NCBI RefSeq assembly: GCF_008831285.2
Contig: NC_045138.2
Location: 20,150,001 to 20,214,000, forward strand
DNA from: Nymphaea colorata
Taxonomy: Eukaryota
Reading direction: 5' to 3'
DNA length: 64,000 nt
The position numbers and the translations under genes are program-made. The notes under the pieces were generated by a model. That model had not been told where the DNA came from, searched no databases, and saw nothing but the letters and a program-made list of their open reading frames with translations. Each line of letters begins with the position of its first letter. Within the stretch, counting starts at the first letter, position 1. Of the stretch, positions 27,801-42,800 are shown piece by piece.

Positions 27801-30800
27801 CTTGAAAAGGGTATTGATATTGTGACTTGTTGAGTGTGATAAGTTTTAGCTCTCTGCTGTTTAACTTAGAAAAATTTCTTTTTCCTTTTGTTCTTGTCTG
27901 CAGAACTCAAGAAGAGGTCTCAAAGATTGTTAAAGCTTGTAACAAATATAAGGTATATTGTTTTTTCATTGTATTTATGCAGTAGTTATGACTTACCAAA
28001 CAGTAGAGTTCTTAATTTTCCATGATGGAACACGTGGACATTGATTGTTTCTCCAGCATAAACTTCTGTATAGTAACGTTAAACGAATCATATTGCACTT
28101 GCTTTTCTAAGTGAAAGATAGACTATAAACAGCTCACTGATATTTTTTGTCATCTCAAATATAATAAGTGGAAATATAATACGTGGAAATGTATAAATAA
28201 TTGGTTATCATATTCGTTTTCTAATATAGACAATGTACAGTATTTTAAGGACATAAAAAATCTTGACATTCAGTATTAAATTTGCTGAAGCGGGTGCAAA
28301 ATCTTGATATATGTAACCTATCATTTCAGACATAAAATTATGTATATAAATATGTATGCTGTTTTTCAGCACAATGGCACAATTATTTGGTGTGATTGTA
28401 GGTGTAGATGGATCAGCTAGGAGGTTCCTGGTTGGAAAACTTTGAAGACAGTAGGAAATATCGCCTATTACTTGTATCAGTCACTTTTGCTGCAGCAAGT
28501 TTCTTTGTAGGAACCATGCATATTAACTGTCTGTAAGTGTCAAGGATGTTTGTATAGGAGATAATGTATAAGCTACTTATCTATTTGATAGTTTGATGTT
28601 TTTGTTCCCTCTATGAATGATGATGTTGCACACTATTTTCCCTTTTTTTCGGATACAAATTTCAGATTTACTCATTTTTCTTTGTTAGGTTCCAATTGTA
28701 CCGTATGGTGGTGCTACATCAATTGAGGGTCATACATTGTCTCCATTTGGAGGTGTTTGCATTGACATGGCAATGATGAAGGTTTGTCCAGCCAATTTAT
28801 TTTCTCAAGTTTTCAAGTCATTGCTGTGTTACTTCGCTAATAGCTGACCAAGCTGGTCAGTTTAGGCTGTTCAAACTGAAATTCAAGAGTTTAGTGTCTT
28901 GCTTTGAAGTCAAAGATAGCTCCCCAGACCATCTTGGTGGAAAAAGGGATGAACCCAGTGGTTCTACCTCCATGAAGGGAGGTCGAGGTGATCAACCTAT
29001 CCATAACTGTCCTCCATGAGTAGTTTCTTGTGCTATCAAGAATGGAAAGGAAAATATATTCCTCCTTAGTTACATGCTTGATTCTAGCCTTCACTTGCAC
29101 TGGCTTCTCTTTCTTTACATGATTGGTTCTAGTATTCACTTGCATCGACTCATTTTAACTTCCGATAACCTTTTCCACTTTTAAAAGTTCTAAATATAAT
29201 TCTAGCAAGATCTTTGAGCCTGCTATTCTATTCCTAGTGATGTCAATTCAAGTAAGATGTTTGAAATATCTAGAGATCCAGGAAAGCATGCAAATTGGAA
29301 AAACTAATTTTTTGTTCCTGTATTTGATTCTTAGATACTAGAGCATATTTTGAATACATAGACAATGTTTTTTAAAGGATGAGGAAGTCGCCTAGATCAC
29401 CACAAGACATTTTTCTTCATCACCCTGAAACAATTTTCTGTTTGTTAGTTGGTGTGGTCAGCTTTGAAGTAGTAGATATACAAGTATTTTTTTGGTAAAA
29501 TAAATGTACAAGTATTTTATTTGAAAAAATAAGGAAAACAATATGATTTGGCACATCATTTTTTTTTCACATATATTAAGAAGCTAAGGTGTATAAAAGT
29601 TCAATCTCAAATTCAAACTCGATCAAATTCAAAACCTGAATGGGTTGAACTCTTCTAATTAGTGGCATGTTCGAAATGAAACTAATGATTGTCAGTGATG
29701 AATTTAATAAGACACTTTTTTCTGGTTCTTTTGCTCTTAAGTGCTTTTAACTCCTTGGAATTGCAATGTGGCGAATGAAAGTTATTTATTTTATGCCTGT
29801 TGAAGACAGTAACTGGTTTTGTGTTTTAAACTTTTACAGAAAATCAAATCATTACATGTTGAGGACATGGATGTTGTTGTTGAGCCTGGTATTGGGTGGA
29901 TGGAACTGAATGAATTTTTGAAACCATATGGACTTTTCTTCCCACTCGATCCAGGTGAGGTCTTTTGGTTACTCAAGGTATCTGTATATCACGTGTTTCT
30001 GTTGATATGTTGGCCTACTTTATGAACATAAACCCCTACCTTTTAGTGTTTTATATTTTGGTACTTCTAATTGTCAACATCTGATTGTAACTTGAGTGGA
30101 ACTAGTTCCTTGTGATTGCGTTCTGCAACACTTCCTTATTTAGTTCTTTGCTTGACCAGGACCAGGAGCTTCAATTGGAGGCATGTGTGCTACTCGTTGT
30201 TCTGGGTCCTTGGCAGTAAGGTTTATTTTTTCTATTTTCTTCTCCAGAGCACTGCCACAAACATCGCAATATTTTTAAAGATATCACAATATTAATGACA
30301 AAAAATGAAAAAATCACGTTTTTAGAGAAGGTGGAAATAAAATTATCACGTTTCTTTCATGTTTTTCTTTGCTTTTCTCTTTTTTAACATTAATATGATC
30401 ATGGATTCACATTTAAAATTAAACTTTAAACCACATTATTTATCATAATTTTTATCATCATTAAAAGTTAAAAATTATTTTTATCACTTTATCTAGTTTT
30501 TTATGTCCTTTTATTAGTTTCATGTCTATTTTAACTTTACATAATTTTTAGAAAATTTTTCATCTTTTAAAAATTTTCCAAGACTTTCCTGTGAAAGCAA
30601 CTTTCCTAAAAAAATACCCAAAAAAACCTTGCTGTTAACAATCCAAGAATGCTATTTGTGGCAATTATTCAGAAGCATGATACTGTAATAAACATTTGAA
30701 TATGCTTTCAGTATTCCTCATTATCATACTTGATGTAACTGTTGGAATGTCCTTGCCTGTGTGACACATGTGATGCAGTAAACCATGTGAGGGGGGGATG

Positions 30801-33800
30801 GCTAGCAAGAATGCATAGTTTTGAGATGCTTATGTTTTTGGAACATGCTTAATTGATAAGTTATAAAGCTTTTGAATAGAATTTCTAGGTCTGTTTGCTT
30901 CTTCTTGACTTCCAGGTATATATCTGCAATAACTGCAGTTTATGAAATCTGGAGAGTTATCTATTTTTCTTGTGTCACAGGAGGGCAGATTAGTCCATGG
31001 GACTTGCATTAGAAACTAGGTAGCTTTTCAGTCAAAATAATTGGGACCTTTTTTTGTCTTATCAGCACATGGTCATAGGGTGTTTTGAGTTCAGATTTGG
31101 ACTCAGTTAAGGTATGAATATCTAGTTATGATGGAAACAATTGGTCCTGACCTTAAGTCTGATTCAATGCATGGGTATGTTATCTCTGGTGCTTTATTAC
31201 ATGATACATTTAAAATGTGCAGTTGTAGGGGTGTCGTGTTTAATGATATCCATCTGGGTGATATGTAGCACATAAGCATCTTGATTAATCCAGGTTAGAA
31301 GCAAAATCTGACTCCTAATTAGGTTGGGTTCTGTTACACTAAGCTGATTTTGAGAGATTAATGAATGAGGCAGTTTTTGTTGGGGATGGATTTCCCAATC
31401 TTAAATATTTGGTATCCCCTTGTGCTTTACTAAAATTTGGATAATATTTCTGTCGACAGTTGCATCTCAAGTTATGCATACCCAACACTTGCGTTTTAAG
31501 AATTTAGCAACATATTAGAAATACACGCAAAAGATGGAGGAACCAAACCTGTGATTATGACTTACTTTTTTGTCGCCTTTAAATATGAATGCGTTAACTT
31601 TTGTTCCCTTTTCCATTGAAGTTTATGATCTAGTTTTCAGTTTGTAGGTATGGGACAATGCGAGATAATGTCATCAATCTTCAGGTTTGTAATCTGTCAC
31701 CAATTCTCCGGACTTATCATTTACTATTGTCAACATGTTTCTACAAATGGTTTGGTGTTATATTTTGAAGTTTTGAACTCCAAGCCAGTCTTTAGTTTGT
31801 ATATTATGTGGCTGTTTTTGTTTTCTCTGACACAGCTTTCTTACTTTGATTTCTTTAAACAGGTTGTTCTAGCAAATGGCGATGTTGTTAAGACTGCATC
31901 GCGTGCTCGAAAGAGTGCTGCCGGGTATTTATGTTATGCTCTTCTTGATCGGTGAATCTCTTTAAAATAAGTATGTCTTTATTTAATATGGATGTGAGTG
32001 CACCTTGGGGCGGTCTCCTGTTTGCAGCTATGACTTAACAAGGTTGCTGATTGGAAGTGAAGGCACCTTGGGTGTAATCACCGAGGTGACCCTGAGACTG
32101 CAAAAGCTCCCTGCATATTCTGTGGTATTATTTTTTCCTTTGCCTAATAATGAGCCCAGACTGTGGAGTCCTTTCCAATTGATATTGGCCTTGAAGTTTT
32201 TTTGAATATAAGTTTGTATTTTGATAGTCGTTCTTCATCAACTTCTTTTGCCTGTTCTCCCTCTGTTTTCGTAAGATGTGCCTTTACATTGCACACTTCA
32301 TATAACATGCATATGTACATACCTGTATGTATGAGTACATCTAAGAGAGATTCTGGGGGAAGTTTCTATAGAGGGATATTTAATCTTTTGTAATTGAAAA
32401 AGAGAAAGTGACCTGGCAACATATTGAATATGCTAAATGATAACCAATACAATGGTTCTAAAGCTGGAAAAATAAATTACTTGAGCTTAGTTGATATCTA
32501 ACAGGGTGTCAGGCTAATAAATGAATGTTTGATCAATCATCATCTCTTGACAGCTTTTTCTTGTCTCTTGCTCTCCTACATCATCAATAATATGTTGCTT
32601 CTTTTCAGATTTAAACAAAGTTTGTTGATTTTCTTGAATAAACTTCTAAATTACCTTTGCGGTTCCTGGTTATGATGTTTTTTGCCTTTTTCATTGATTT
32701 CATCATCCAAATATTTGATACATCTAGCATTTGATGTCTTGATTCTTGCGTCTGGGCATTCTGTTGCAACACAAATACCCAGTGAATATGTTTTCCCAGA
32801 TTGATTGTAATTATGAAAGAATTGCTGCTTAGAAAAACTTCTAAAATGTGGAAATCTGGATGCTCAAACTTTTACTGCATAAATCTTAAATTATTTAGTC
32901 AACTTCATTTTGAATGGTAAAACATTTAATCTCTTAAATACAGTTAATGGATTTTTTATTTCCGACAGTCTAAGTTTTTGACCTTTTTTGCAGCTCTAAT
33001 TAAATTTTGCCTTGCTGAATACCCAATTACTTGCATATGATAATGTGAAGTGAACAGGTTGCAATGTGCCATTTCCCAACAATCAAGGATGCGGCTGATG
33101 TTGCAATTGCCACCATGCTATCAGGAATACAGGTTTGGACACATGTTCTTTACTCTTTAATTGCTTTATTTGAGAATCAAACTATTCTTACTTCTCAACT
33201 AATTAGAGTATAATTCATTACATTTAGTGAAACTGGACAACTATGAAGGTTAGGCCTTTCCTGAAATGCTTATTTTGTATCTGGCAGACATTGTAAATGT
33301 TTTTAAGGCAGTACACAGTTCACACACACACATGAGAAACAATAGGGTGATTATTTTTTTATAATTGTAAGTTTTCTGTTAAGTAAACCTTATAAAATAT
33401 GTATGTGCATTTTTTAGTATAAAACTTTTAGATGATGAAGCTGACATAAATATGGGGACCTTGAGACCTTGAAAGTTGGTGGCTTATATTGTGCCAATAT
33501 TCAAAAGTTGAAGATTCATGTTTTCATGTCTGAAGAATATGATCTAAGGCACCACAAGATCTGACTGTAGTAATACAGTCTCTAGCTATTGTTTTCATGA
33601 TATGGAAATAGCCAAGTGGGTTATTCTGTGAGCACCGTAAAGTTACATTATGCATGTGTATATGGGTGCACGCATTTGTGAGTGTGTGTGGAGTCTGACC
33701 ATATAGATATGTTTAGAATGATTTGATTACCATTTTTAGCTGGTTGGTAGACTTGCCATCATTGTTCATATCGTTTGTTATGTTCTTGTGGGGTTTATCA

Positions 33801-36800
33801 AGGTGGACATGATGTCACATAGAGGCAATAAATAGTTGTTTGTTTTTTGGTATTCACACTCTTATATTTTTTTTCTTGATATTTGTATATTCATTTTTTC
33901 AGCAGTAAATTAGTAATTAGTCTCTTGATGATCATGTGCTATTGCCTTGTCTGTTTATCTAGGTTTCAAGGGTGGAACTCTTGGATGAGGTTCAGGTAAA
34001 GGCAATCAATTTTGCCAATGGAAAGAACTTGCCAGAGGCCCCCACTTTGATGTTTGAATTTGTAGGCACTGGTGAGTATACTTTAGCTTAATTATTCACG
34101 TTTTCAATATATCTTAACCATTTTCGTCATAAATTTTCACTTTTTTTACATTTATTGATGTCACTTCCAGGTGCCATCTACGTGGTCACCCCACCTTGGC
34201 ACCATCTAATCCACCTGGGCTCTGTAGGCATAAATCTAGTCCCCAGGATGGCCAAAGATCTTATACTGACCATTAGGAAGCTTAGATTTTTTCCTCTTTT
34301 TTTCTACTTTAATGTTTCAAAAGCTAGGTTAGTGTTCTAATTATATTGGATTTCTTGCAGTTGTTTTAAATTCTTTGGGCTAATTCTACAACTTTCATGC
34401 TAATGAATGTTTACACTTAATTTTGGGTGTCAACTAAGCCAATAGGCCCTGCCTCGGCACTGACTAAGCCTTTTAGGGTGTCTCCTTTCTGACAGTGATT
34501 AAAGTTCCTCATTCTAATCCCCGCAGGAAAACAATAGGAATGCACAAAAACAAGAGGAAGGCACAAAAATTGAAGGGAAACTCAATAACAGTAATGAATT
34601 AAGGTTTCTTGCTCAACAATTAGTCCAAAAACAAAAGAAAATATGCTTAAACCCTAGATTCGAATTGGATTTCAGACCCACTAAACAAAATGGTCAAAAT
34701 CCTAAAGAATATCAATACCAAATCCAAAGCCTAAATGGATCCGAATAAGGGGCCCAGCCCAGTAATTCTACACACAGGCCCACTAATGCTACACTGCGTC
34801 AATCTCCACAGGTTGAAACATTCGGCTCCTGACAAATGAGGTAATGCTGCTGTGATGTAGATGAGGCACAATAGAATGACGGTCCTTTGGACTGCCTTGA
34901 GTAGGTGCACAGATGTCACCGACTCACTGAGATAGGATTGAAGCCGAACCCATTGCTAGGGATGTTTTCCATACTTAATCTTAAAAATTTATCCAAGCAA
35001 AATGTTTTCCAAAATGTTATGATCAACTACAAATAAAGTAAAAATTTTTATCACCAAATTATTTTCCATCATAAATTTTCATGCTCCCCACCTTCACTTC
35101 AGAAGTATGTTGGAACTCCTATTTCTCAGTTTGCTTCTATCCAGAAGGACTTCTGCTTATATTTCTTTGGGCAGCAATGTTCTAAGCTCATTTCATTTTC
35201 CTTCTCTCTTGCCATGTTTTTTCCCCCATCCAAATCTTTCATTTGACTGGTATTCTAAGATCTCCTTGTGCTAATATTCTTTCAGATCTTAATGTATTTA
35301 TGAACTATCCTAATGTATGAATATCACTCACTCAGAAATACTGTTCTCGAGTTTTTGTCATGAGGTTTCCTCTGGTATCTTTGGGTGAAGGTAGATTTGG
35401 GGGGAATCTCAAGAAAATCTAAGGAAATCACAAAAAGTGGATAAAAAAAGGAAGTGAAAAATTCAAGAGAAGACATAAAAGAAAACAAGAACAATGTCCA
35501 AATGACTGATAGATTTACAAGCACCATCTAGCAAAATAACAACTAGCAAGCCGCATGAGAAGTTTAAGTTTCAACTGCAAAAGTTTCAAGCCTTCGAGAC
35601 TTCAACGATATAGTTGTAAAAATGAATCTCTTATAAGTCATCATTCCTGCTCCCAACTCTGAGAAAAAGAAAAAAGATCAATATTCTACTAAACACATAT
35701 TGGATCTGGAATTAGTCATGATTTAGATGTGCACGTGGTGTACATAGGATTCCTGTGTGAATGTGATTGCAATACTGCTCTCACAATTAGGGGCATTATC
35801 TAAGTGGCCTGGATATGGCAAAATGGCCATCCATGTTAGCACGCTGATGCATGGATGCTGATACTGAGACCCACTTGGAAATATTTTTAAAAAAATGCAT
35901 ACTAGTTTTTGCATTTTTCATATTAATTTTAAAGTTTTGAATATTATTTTTGCATATTAATTCTCCAAAACGTATTTTTTTTATTATGTGTTAATTTTGC
36001 ATATTTTTTGTAGAATTTTGCACATACACATGCACACATATATATTTGTATCATAGTCACAAATAACATTTCAAAGTTTTAAACGGCGAGGTTTTTCTCG
36101 GGTATAATATTGCGAGCTTCAAAAAAACGGGAAAAAATTGGAAAAAATATGGTAATTTTTTTTTTAAAATAACAATGGGAGAAAAATAAAATAAGTTTGA
36201 AACTAATAACACAATCATCAAAAGATAAGTAGATTTCCAACAAATAAAAAATCCAAAATGAAAAAAAAAACTGTTTGGCTTTAAAAAAATGAAAAAACGC
36301 GAAAAAATGTGTTTTTTTCGTTTTTTAATGTTTAAAAAAATGCATTTTTTAAAAAGTTTTAAACGCAATTTAATTTATCACATTTTTTAAAAAAGAAAAT
36401 GCATTTTTTGTGTTCTTGATTTGTATATATACATTGCCATATCCCCATATCCATACACGCCCCCCATACCGGTACATGTACCATATCAGTATCCATGTGA
36501 CTTAGGGCATTATTGTCTCATAGTTTGTTTCATAACAAATATATACTTAAACAAAATTAGTTTTACATCTTCGAAATTGGAGTCATGACTCTTGTGCACA
36601 CCTTTGACTTCTTTCTCCTTACTTTTCTGCAAACATAAATTGTGTTAGCCGTTCTTCCCAAATCTAACATGGTGTCAGTGCCAAGTTACATTTTTAAGGT
36701 TGTGATTTTATCCATATGGTATATATACATATATTTGTGTGTGTGTAATTTATTGGCTAAAGTTGCCACCAGCTGTTACAGACAAATGGTGCTCAAATTA

Positions 36801-39800
36801 ACAGATTTGATAATGAACAATGATTAATATCTTGGTCAAACAATCCAAGAAATACTACAAGATGGTTTTATTGTTTCATTTATTTTGGGCAGTGACATGT
36901 TCTTTTTGTCATTGGGTTCAAACCATGTGAAGTGACCACCATTCTTGAAGCCATCACCTCCAAATTGTATGCCATCTATTTGTTGGTGCTAATATGGAAA
37001 AGTCAAGCTATCGTACAGTACTAAAGAAAACACATGAACATGGCACATCACTTTTTCCTAGGAACCAAGTGCGAGCATGTTAAGCAACATCTGTATGAAA
37101 TTGGGTGAAAAGATTTGTTTCCTTGGTTGTTGATGCGTTTTCTTTATTTGCAAGAATTATTTTTAGCTTATTCAAGAAACTGTTTTGGGTATCATTGTCA
37201 GCTAAGCATTGCTTATTCTCATTGATATACTTGTCTTGTCTAAATATTTTCAGAAGCATATTCACGTGAACAGACACTGTTAGTCCAGAAGGTCGTTGCA
37301 AAGCACAACGGCTCTAATTTTGTTTATGTGGAAGATCCAGAGGCTAAAAAAGAACTGTGGCGGGTGAGTTTGTTACTTAAGTACTTTAACTCTTGGAACA
37401 TAATCACATTCAGAAGAGAAATGTTTTATCAATGCTGACCTCATTTTATAATTATATTGTCTGTTTTGAATGCCAAACATCTACTGCCCTCCCTTGAGAC
37501 ATAAAGATGCCTCAGGAGATGGCACTGATAATTTATAGGGGTCATTTTTGGTTTTATAATGACTAAGGAGCTAGCAAAATGTGCTTTGAAAGAGGAGGGA
37601 AAATTAATTCTCTTTGTGGTGAATACCATAGTAAGAAGCAACATGATTAGAATCAACACAGGTACAAAAAGTGTACAACTATAAATAGTAAGCTGGCAAT
37701 TAAAGAGGACGTGGATAATAATATAAAGGGAAATATCCTAAGTGCACATGCATACAGAGGCTTGTAGTATGAAGATCTGTTCAGAACTGTGTCACATGGA
37801 TGCTGCTGCAGATATGGGATATACGATTTTTATGAAACATTACAATGTGACTTCTATATAAAGAGGTAGAATGCAGGAGTCAAAGTGGAGAGTCGATGTG
37901 ATAAAGGTGTAGAACTTAAGATTGCTATGGAGTTCTGTTGTTGTGTCCAATTTCATGCAATAAATGTTGATTTTTTCCACCAATGGAAAGTGGCACCAGG
38001 ATCTCATACATAGTAGACATTTTTGAGTCTAAAATATTTTGATAAGCACCGCACCACCATGGAAATGGTATTTAGGAAAATGAAAGGGGCATTCCACCAG
38101 TCGCTCAACTGATAATACTTAATTTCAGGTTTGTCTGCATGAAGTTTCCTTTCTCTCTCATCTCATTAATGGGTTTTCCATTGTTATTGTCAATGTTCCT
38201 TATGAAATTGCACTGATCGTTTTCACTTAGCTGCGTTTGATTGCCCTGGCTCTTAGATTTGAGGTGATTTGAGATCCTTGGTTCTAAGATTCTAGGATTT
38301 CAGTTCAAGGGTAGATTTGAAATTCCTAGTTTGAAAGCAACAATCAACTCCAACCCCCTCAATATTGCTGAGCCCCAAAATTGGTGGGAAGTATCTCAGG
38401 TGGCATGGCTATATCAACCTCCTTTCAGCCAATACTTCCCATGCACGAAGTCCGAAAACTGCACCCCCTTCCCCATAGATTTTACATGATTCTTGGATTG
38501 CAAAACCATGAATCTTACATCCATGGTTTGTTAAAACTTTGGATTTCACATCAGATCTATTCCTCCAATCTTAAATCCAATGCTAACAAACCCTTAGACA
38601 GTCATGCATATACGTTACTTAAGATTCTGAAAAGGAATTGAGAACCATTTTATTGGGTAACTGAAGTTAAATCGTTTTGTAATGGCACATATGCTTCTGG
38701 TAAGGTCAATTAAGTTACCAGTATCAATATGGCAGATCTATCTTTTCATCCCTAATCTGTGCTTCATATGAATCATTTCACTAATACGTTATTTATCATG
38801 ATTACATTATTAGACTTACATCCTTTAAGTTCTAGTCTGTGACATCTATCTGGAGCAATCCTTTTCAAAATATTTGAAAAAAAATCAATTTGTTACGGAA
38901 ATGTAGCATCATGTGCATTTTTGCGTGTATGTTTTATGTTATATGCCTACATGTTAATGGTGGTATCTCTATGTTGAAAGCAAAAAGAGACTCAAGCCTT
39001 GGCATCTAACAGTCTATGATGAGAGTTGGCACTATCTAGTTCACTAGGACATATGAAAATCCTTATTAAGGCTGTAAAAAAGAGTTAATCGAGCAAGGAG
39101 TTGCATCACATAAGTTAATAATTTTATTTCCTCAGTCGTTGACTATATATAAGAATCCTGTTATGTACTCTTCCTTCTAAAACCCCAATGTCAAATAATT
39201 AAATTTGTGAACCATCTTGATTCTTGTTTATGGAACTTGTAACTACCTAAAGTAATGACTAATGAGTTATCGCGATGTTACACTGTTGGATGTAGATTGA
39301 GACTTTATGTGAAAACAAGCTATAGTATTAATAGTAAGATTGACAGAAATGAGCTCTGCTTGAGAACTTAAATTCTTAATGTGTAAAAGTCATCATTGTT
39401 ATAAATGTGAATAATAAAATAATTATCAGCACATTCAGTAGCCTGCAACATGTTGGTCATATGCTGAGTCAGGTTATGTCACTTAAATACTAGATCTAGA
39501 AGACTAGTATGGCGTCTCCATGTAATGGCTAACCAAATATAGTTTCTACTTTCTATGTCATTATGAAGCTGTGTTTGCCTCTTGGTGGTACATGCATATG
39601 ATTGTTGGACTATCTTCCCTTTACCAGTTTATCTATTACTAATTTGATGAATGCTTCTATTTTTTAGTTATTCTCCAGAGATAATTTGTGAGCGGAATTT
39701 CTGTTCATCCTTGCTTTGAGTTTGAATGTATTTGTGCTTTGGCTAACTCTTTCTTGCTTGTAGATAAGAAAAGAGGCACTCTGGGCATGCTTGGCAATGC

Positions 39801-42800
39801 GACCTGATTATGAGGCAATGACCACTGTGAGTTTAAATTCTGAACTTTGTAATAATTAAAATAAAGGTCACTCATGTTACTGTGATCAATTTGACTTTAT
39901 TAGCCATGCTTTTGTATGAGTATTTTGAAAAAGGTAAAAAATGGTAGGGTTGACAAGCACTCTCAAGAATGCTTCCGTAGTTCAACATTCATGCAGATGC
40001 CATTTGTCATGATACAAATTTAGGCTAAAAGGTCCAATGAACATATAACTTGTCTTGTTGAAGAGGCAATACTGAAGAAGATTGATGCCTTTCATCCACA
40101 TTTTCATGTTATCTGAATGCATTAGATACCACTTGGCTAATTATCTATGAAATTATCAGTATGTGGTTCTAATGGCATGTTTTACAGTTTTATCAGTTTC
40201 TTCTAGTATTGTAATTCCACATTGACTGAAAGGGAGCTTCATGTAGTCCTTTCACTTGTAGCATAACTTTATATATTCAAATTTATCATCCATAAAATTT
40301 GCAGCTACCACCTCATTTTCTCCTTTCACTTTGAAACACATGTATGGTACATTTTTGTAGATTGTCTGATAGATTAAAATAAATGATGTTTTTTTTTTTT
40401 TTGCAGGATGTTTGTGTTCCTTTGTCACGTCTTGCTGAATGCATTTCGAGATCAAAAGTTGAACTTGATGCCTCTCCACTGCTCTGGTATGTGCTGCTAC
40501 TCAGGGATGAGGATCTCATGCAAGTTCAGTAAAGTGAATCCATTCACATCTGCATGTTAACACCTGCATCTTCTGCTTCCATCAGCATGGTAATTGCTCA
40601 TGCGGGTGATGGAAACTTCCATACAGTGATCTTGTTTGATCCGAAGAATGAAGAGCACCGTCAGGAAGCAGAAAGGCTGAGCCACTTTATGGTTCACACC
40701 GCATTATCCATGGAAGGTATTGAATTAAAAAATATAAAATAATGAGTGAGCAAAGTTTTTAGGTTTGCCTATCAAAATACAATTGAATAAAGAATTAGAT
40801 GGTGCTCTTTGATTGATTACTGTTTAGTGTTACTGGTGCTTTCCAGTAAAGGAATCAGACATATAGTTTGTTATGTTCAGTTCTAATTTGTTCTGCTGCA
40901 TAAGGATTGCCTCCTCTAATTTTGGCAGAGTGATTCTGTGAAAATTACTCCTTTGGATATGTTTGGTACCTAAAATAATTATCCATGAAGGATCTGTTTT
41001 TCTTTCTTGAGAAAATTTGACTCCTTTAACAATCGAAATTGCTCAAGCTCATTCTGGATACTTTCAGTACCTAAATTTTTTTTTCCATGAAGGGTCTGTT
41101 TTTCTTTCTTGCTGAAGTTTGTCTCCATCAATTTTATAGTCTAAGTTCTTCAAGGTCATTATGTCTGTACAAATTTTGCAAGTAATTATTGTCATATATG
41201 CTGAAGTTGCTTTTGTGGAAATTGCAACATTGATCTTGCTTTGTCGGACAGTCTTTTCAAAATCAAAACTAGAGTATGTATTTCTTCTATATGATAAAAC
41301 TGGTATGATTTATCTTGACTATTCATGTCACTGTCTTAAGCATGAATGATACAGAACAATCTACAAATTCATCCTGATTGAATACAGTGAGGTAAAGCAT
41401 TTTTCAATTAGATCAGTCAATAAAAAGCAGAAACTGAAAGGAGATGCATAAGAACTTTAAGATATTCTGGTTAACTGCACCACATACAGAAGGATACACT
41501 TAAATGTATGTGAACATTGCATTTTAAATAGGAGTATTTGGGTAAGCTTCTGGAGCATAGGTTTCCCAGAGTTCTTTCTCAACTACAGTATTCTGTAATA
41601 TCTTGGGACTCTTCATTGCTAAAAAGATGCAGCTTTAACAGTTTAACCTCCAACCTGAGTTTCTATTTTGACTTGAAGAATCTTTTGCTTGCAACATGCC
41701 TTCCTACCGAAACAAAACACTCCCATAAGTTGACATTTATTGCATGAGACATGGAAAATATCTATGCAGTAGGAAGCATATGTTGTCAGTTATTTGACTT
41801 TTCATTAGTTTAACCTAAACATTAGAGTATGCATTGTCACATATTTCATGTTTTTTTGGAAAAACGATACTAACGTTAAAAAAAGCAAAAAAGAAAAAGG
41901 TGGGTTGTGAAAAAAGGTAAAAATTAATTAATGGACTTTTATAGTGTCTTTTCCAACCTTTTCCCAAATTTTTCAAATTTTTCTTTTTTTTTGACATTAA
42001 TATCATTGCTGATTAAATTTTAAACTTAAACTAAATTCTTTATCATCATTAAACATTATTTTTATCATCTTATCTAGTTATATTTTTGTGCCTTTTTATT
42101 AGTTTCTCTTTTTTTTTACTTTTACCTATTTTTATTATCTTTTTATTTAAAAAAAATGCTGAGATTTTCCTAGAAAAACAACTTTTCCAGAAGATGTCCC
42201 AAAAAAAAAAACAATCACCTTTAAAGATCTAAGAATGATATTTGTGGCAATGGAATATATTACTTGTTCCAACCTTTTGTTTGCATTTTTTTTATCTATA
42301 TATCTATTGAACACGTCTGTGACATGCATTTCTTTTTCTTCCCTTTCGTCATCTATTGGAAGATTATTCTTTTCTTATTAGACTGAAGCTGAAGTAATAA
42401 TAAGGGACTATTTATTTGTTATGAATTCTAATCTCTTTTTTTTCATGCCTTATTTCAAGAAAGGACTATTTCCCTTACTTTTGTATTTTGTTCTTATTTG
42501 TAGCCCTATCATTTTCACGCTGCCTGCCTGTTTGTCATGCACTCTAAGTTTTAGTTTTTTTTTCATGCGTTATTTTAAGCAGGGACCTGTACAGGAGAAC
42601 ATGGCGTTGGTACTGGGAAAATGAAGGTACCTCCTGCAGCTTTACTGTGAAATATGAAATATTTTTCATTGCAATATGTGCTTATTCACGTCACCCTTTT
42701 TCATTATATTATTTGCTTACTTGATGCTTGGACATGTTTGGTAAAGATGCCTGCTTCTTCTGAGAGCTGCTTTTCTGGCACTGATTAGCTTATGTAGCTT

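Noticed and set aside
34490..34834. LTR-like segment in D-LDH1 intron 12
   Set aside because: TG..CA ends are present but the flanks do not match, so evidence is insufficient.
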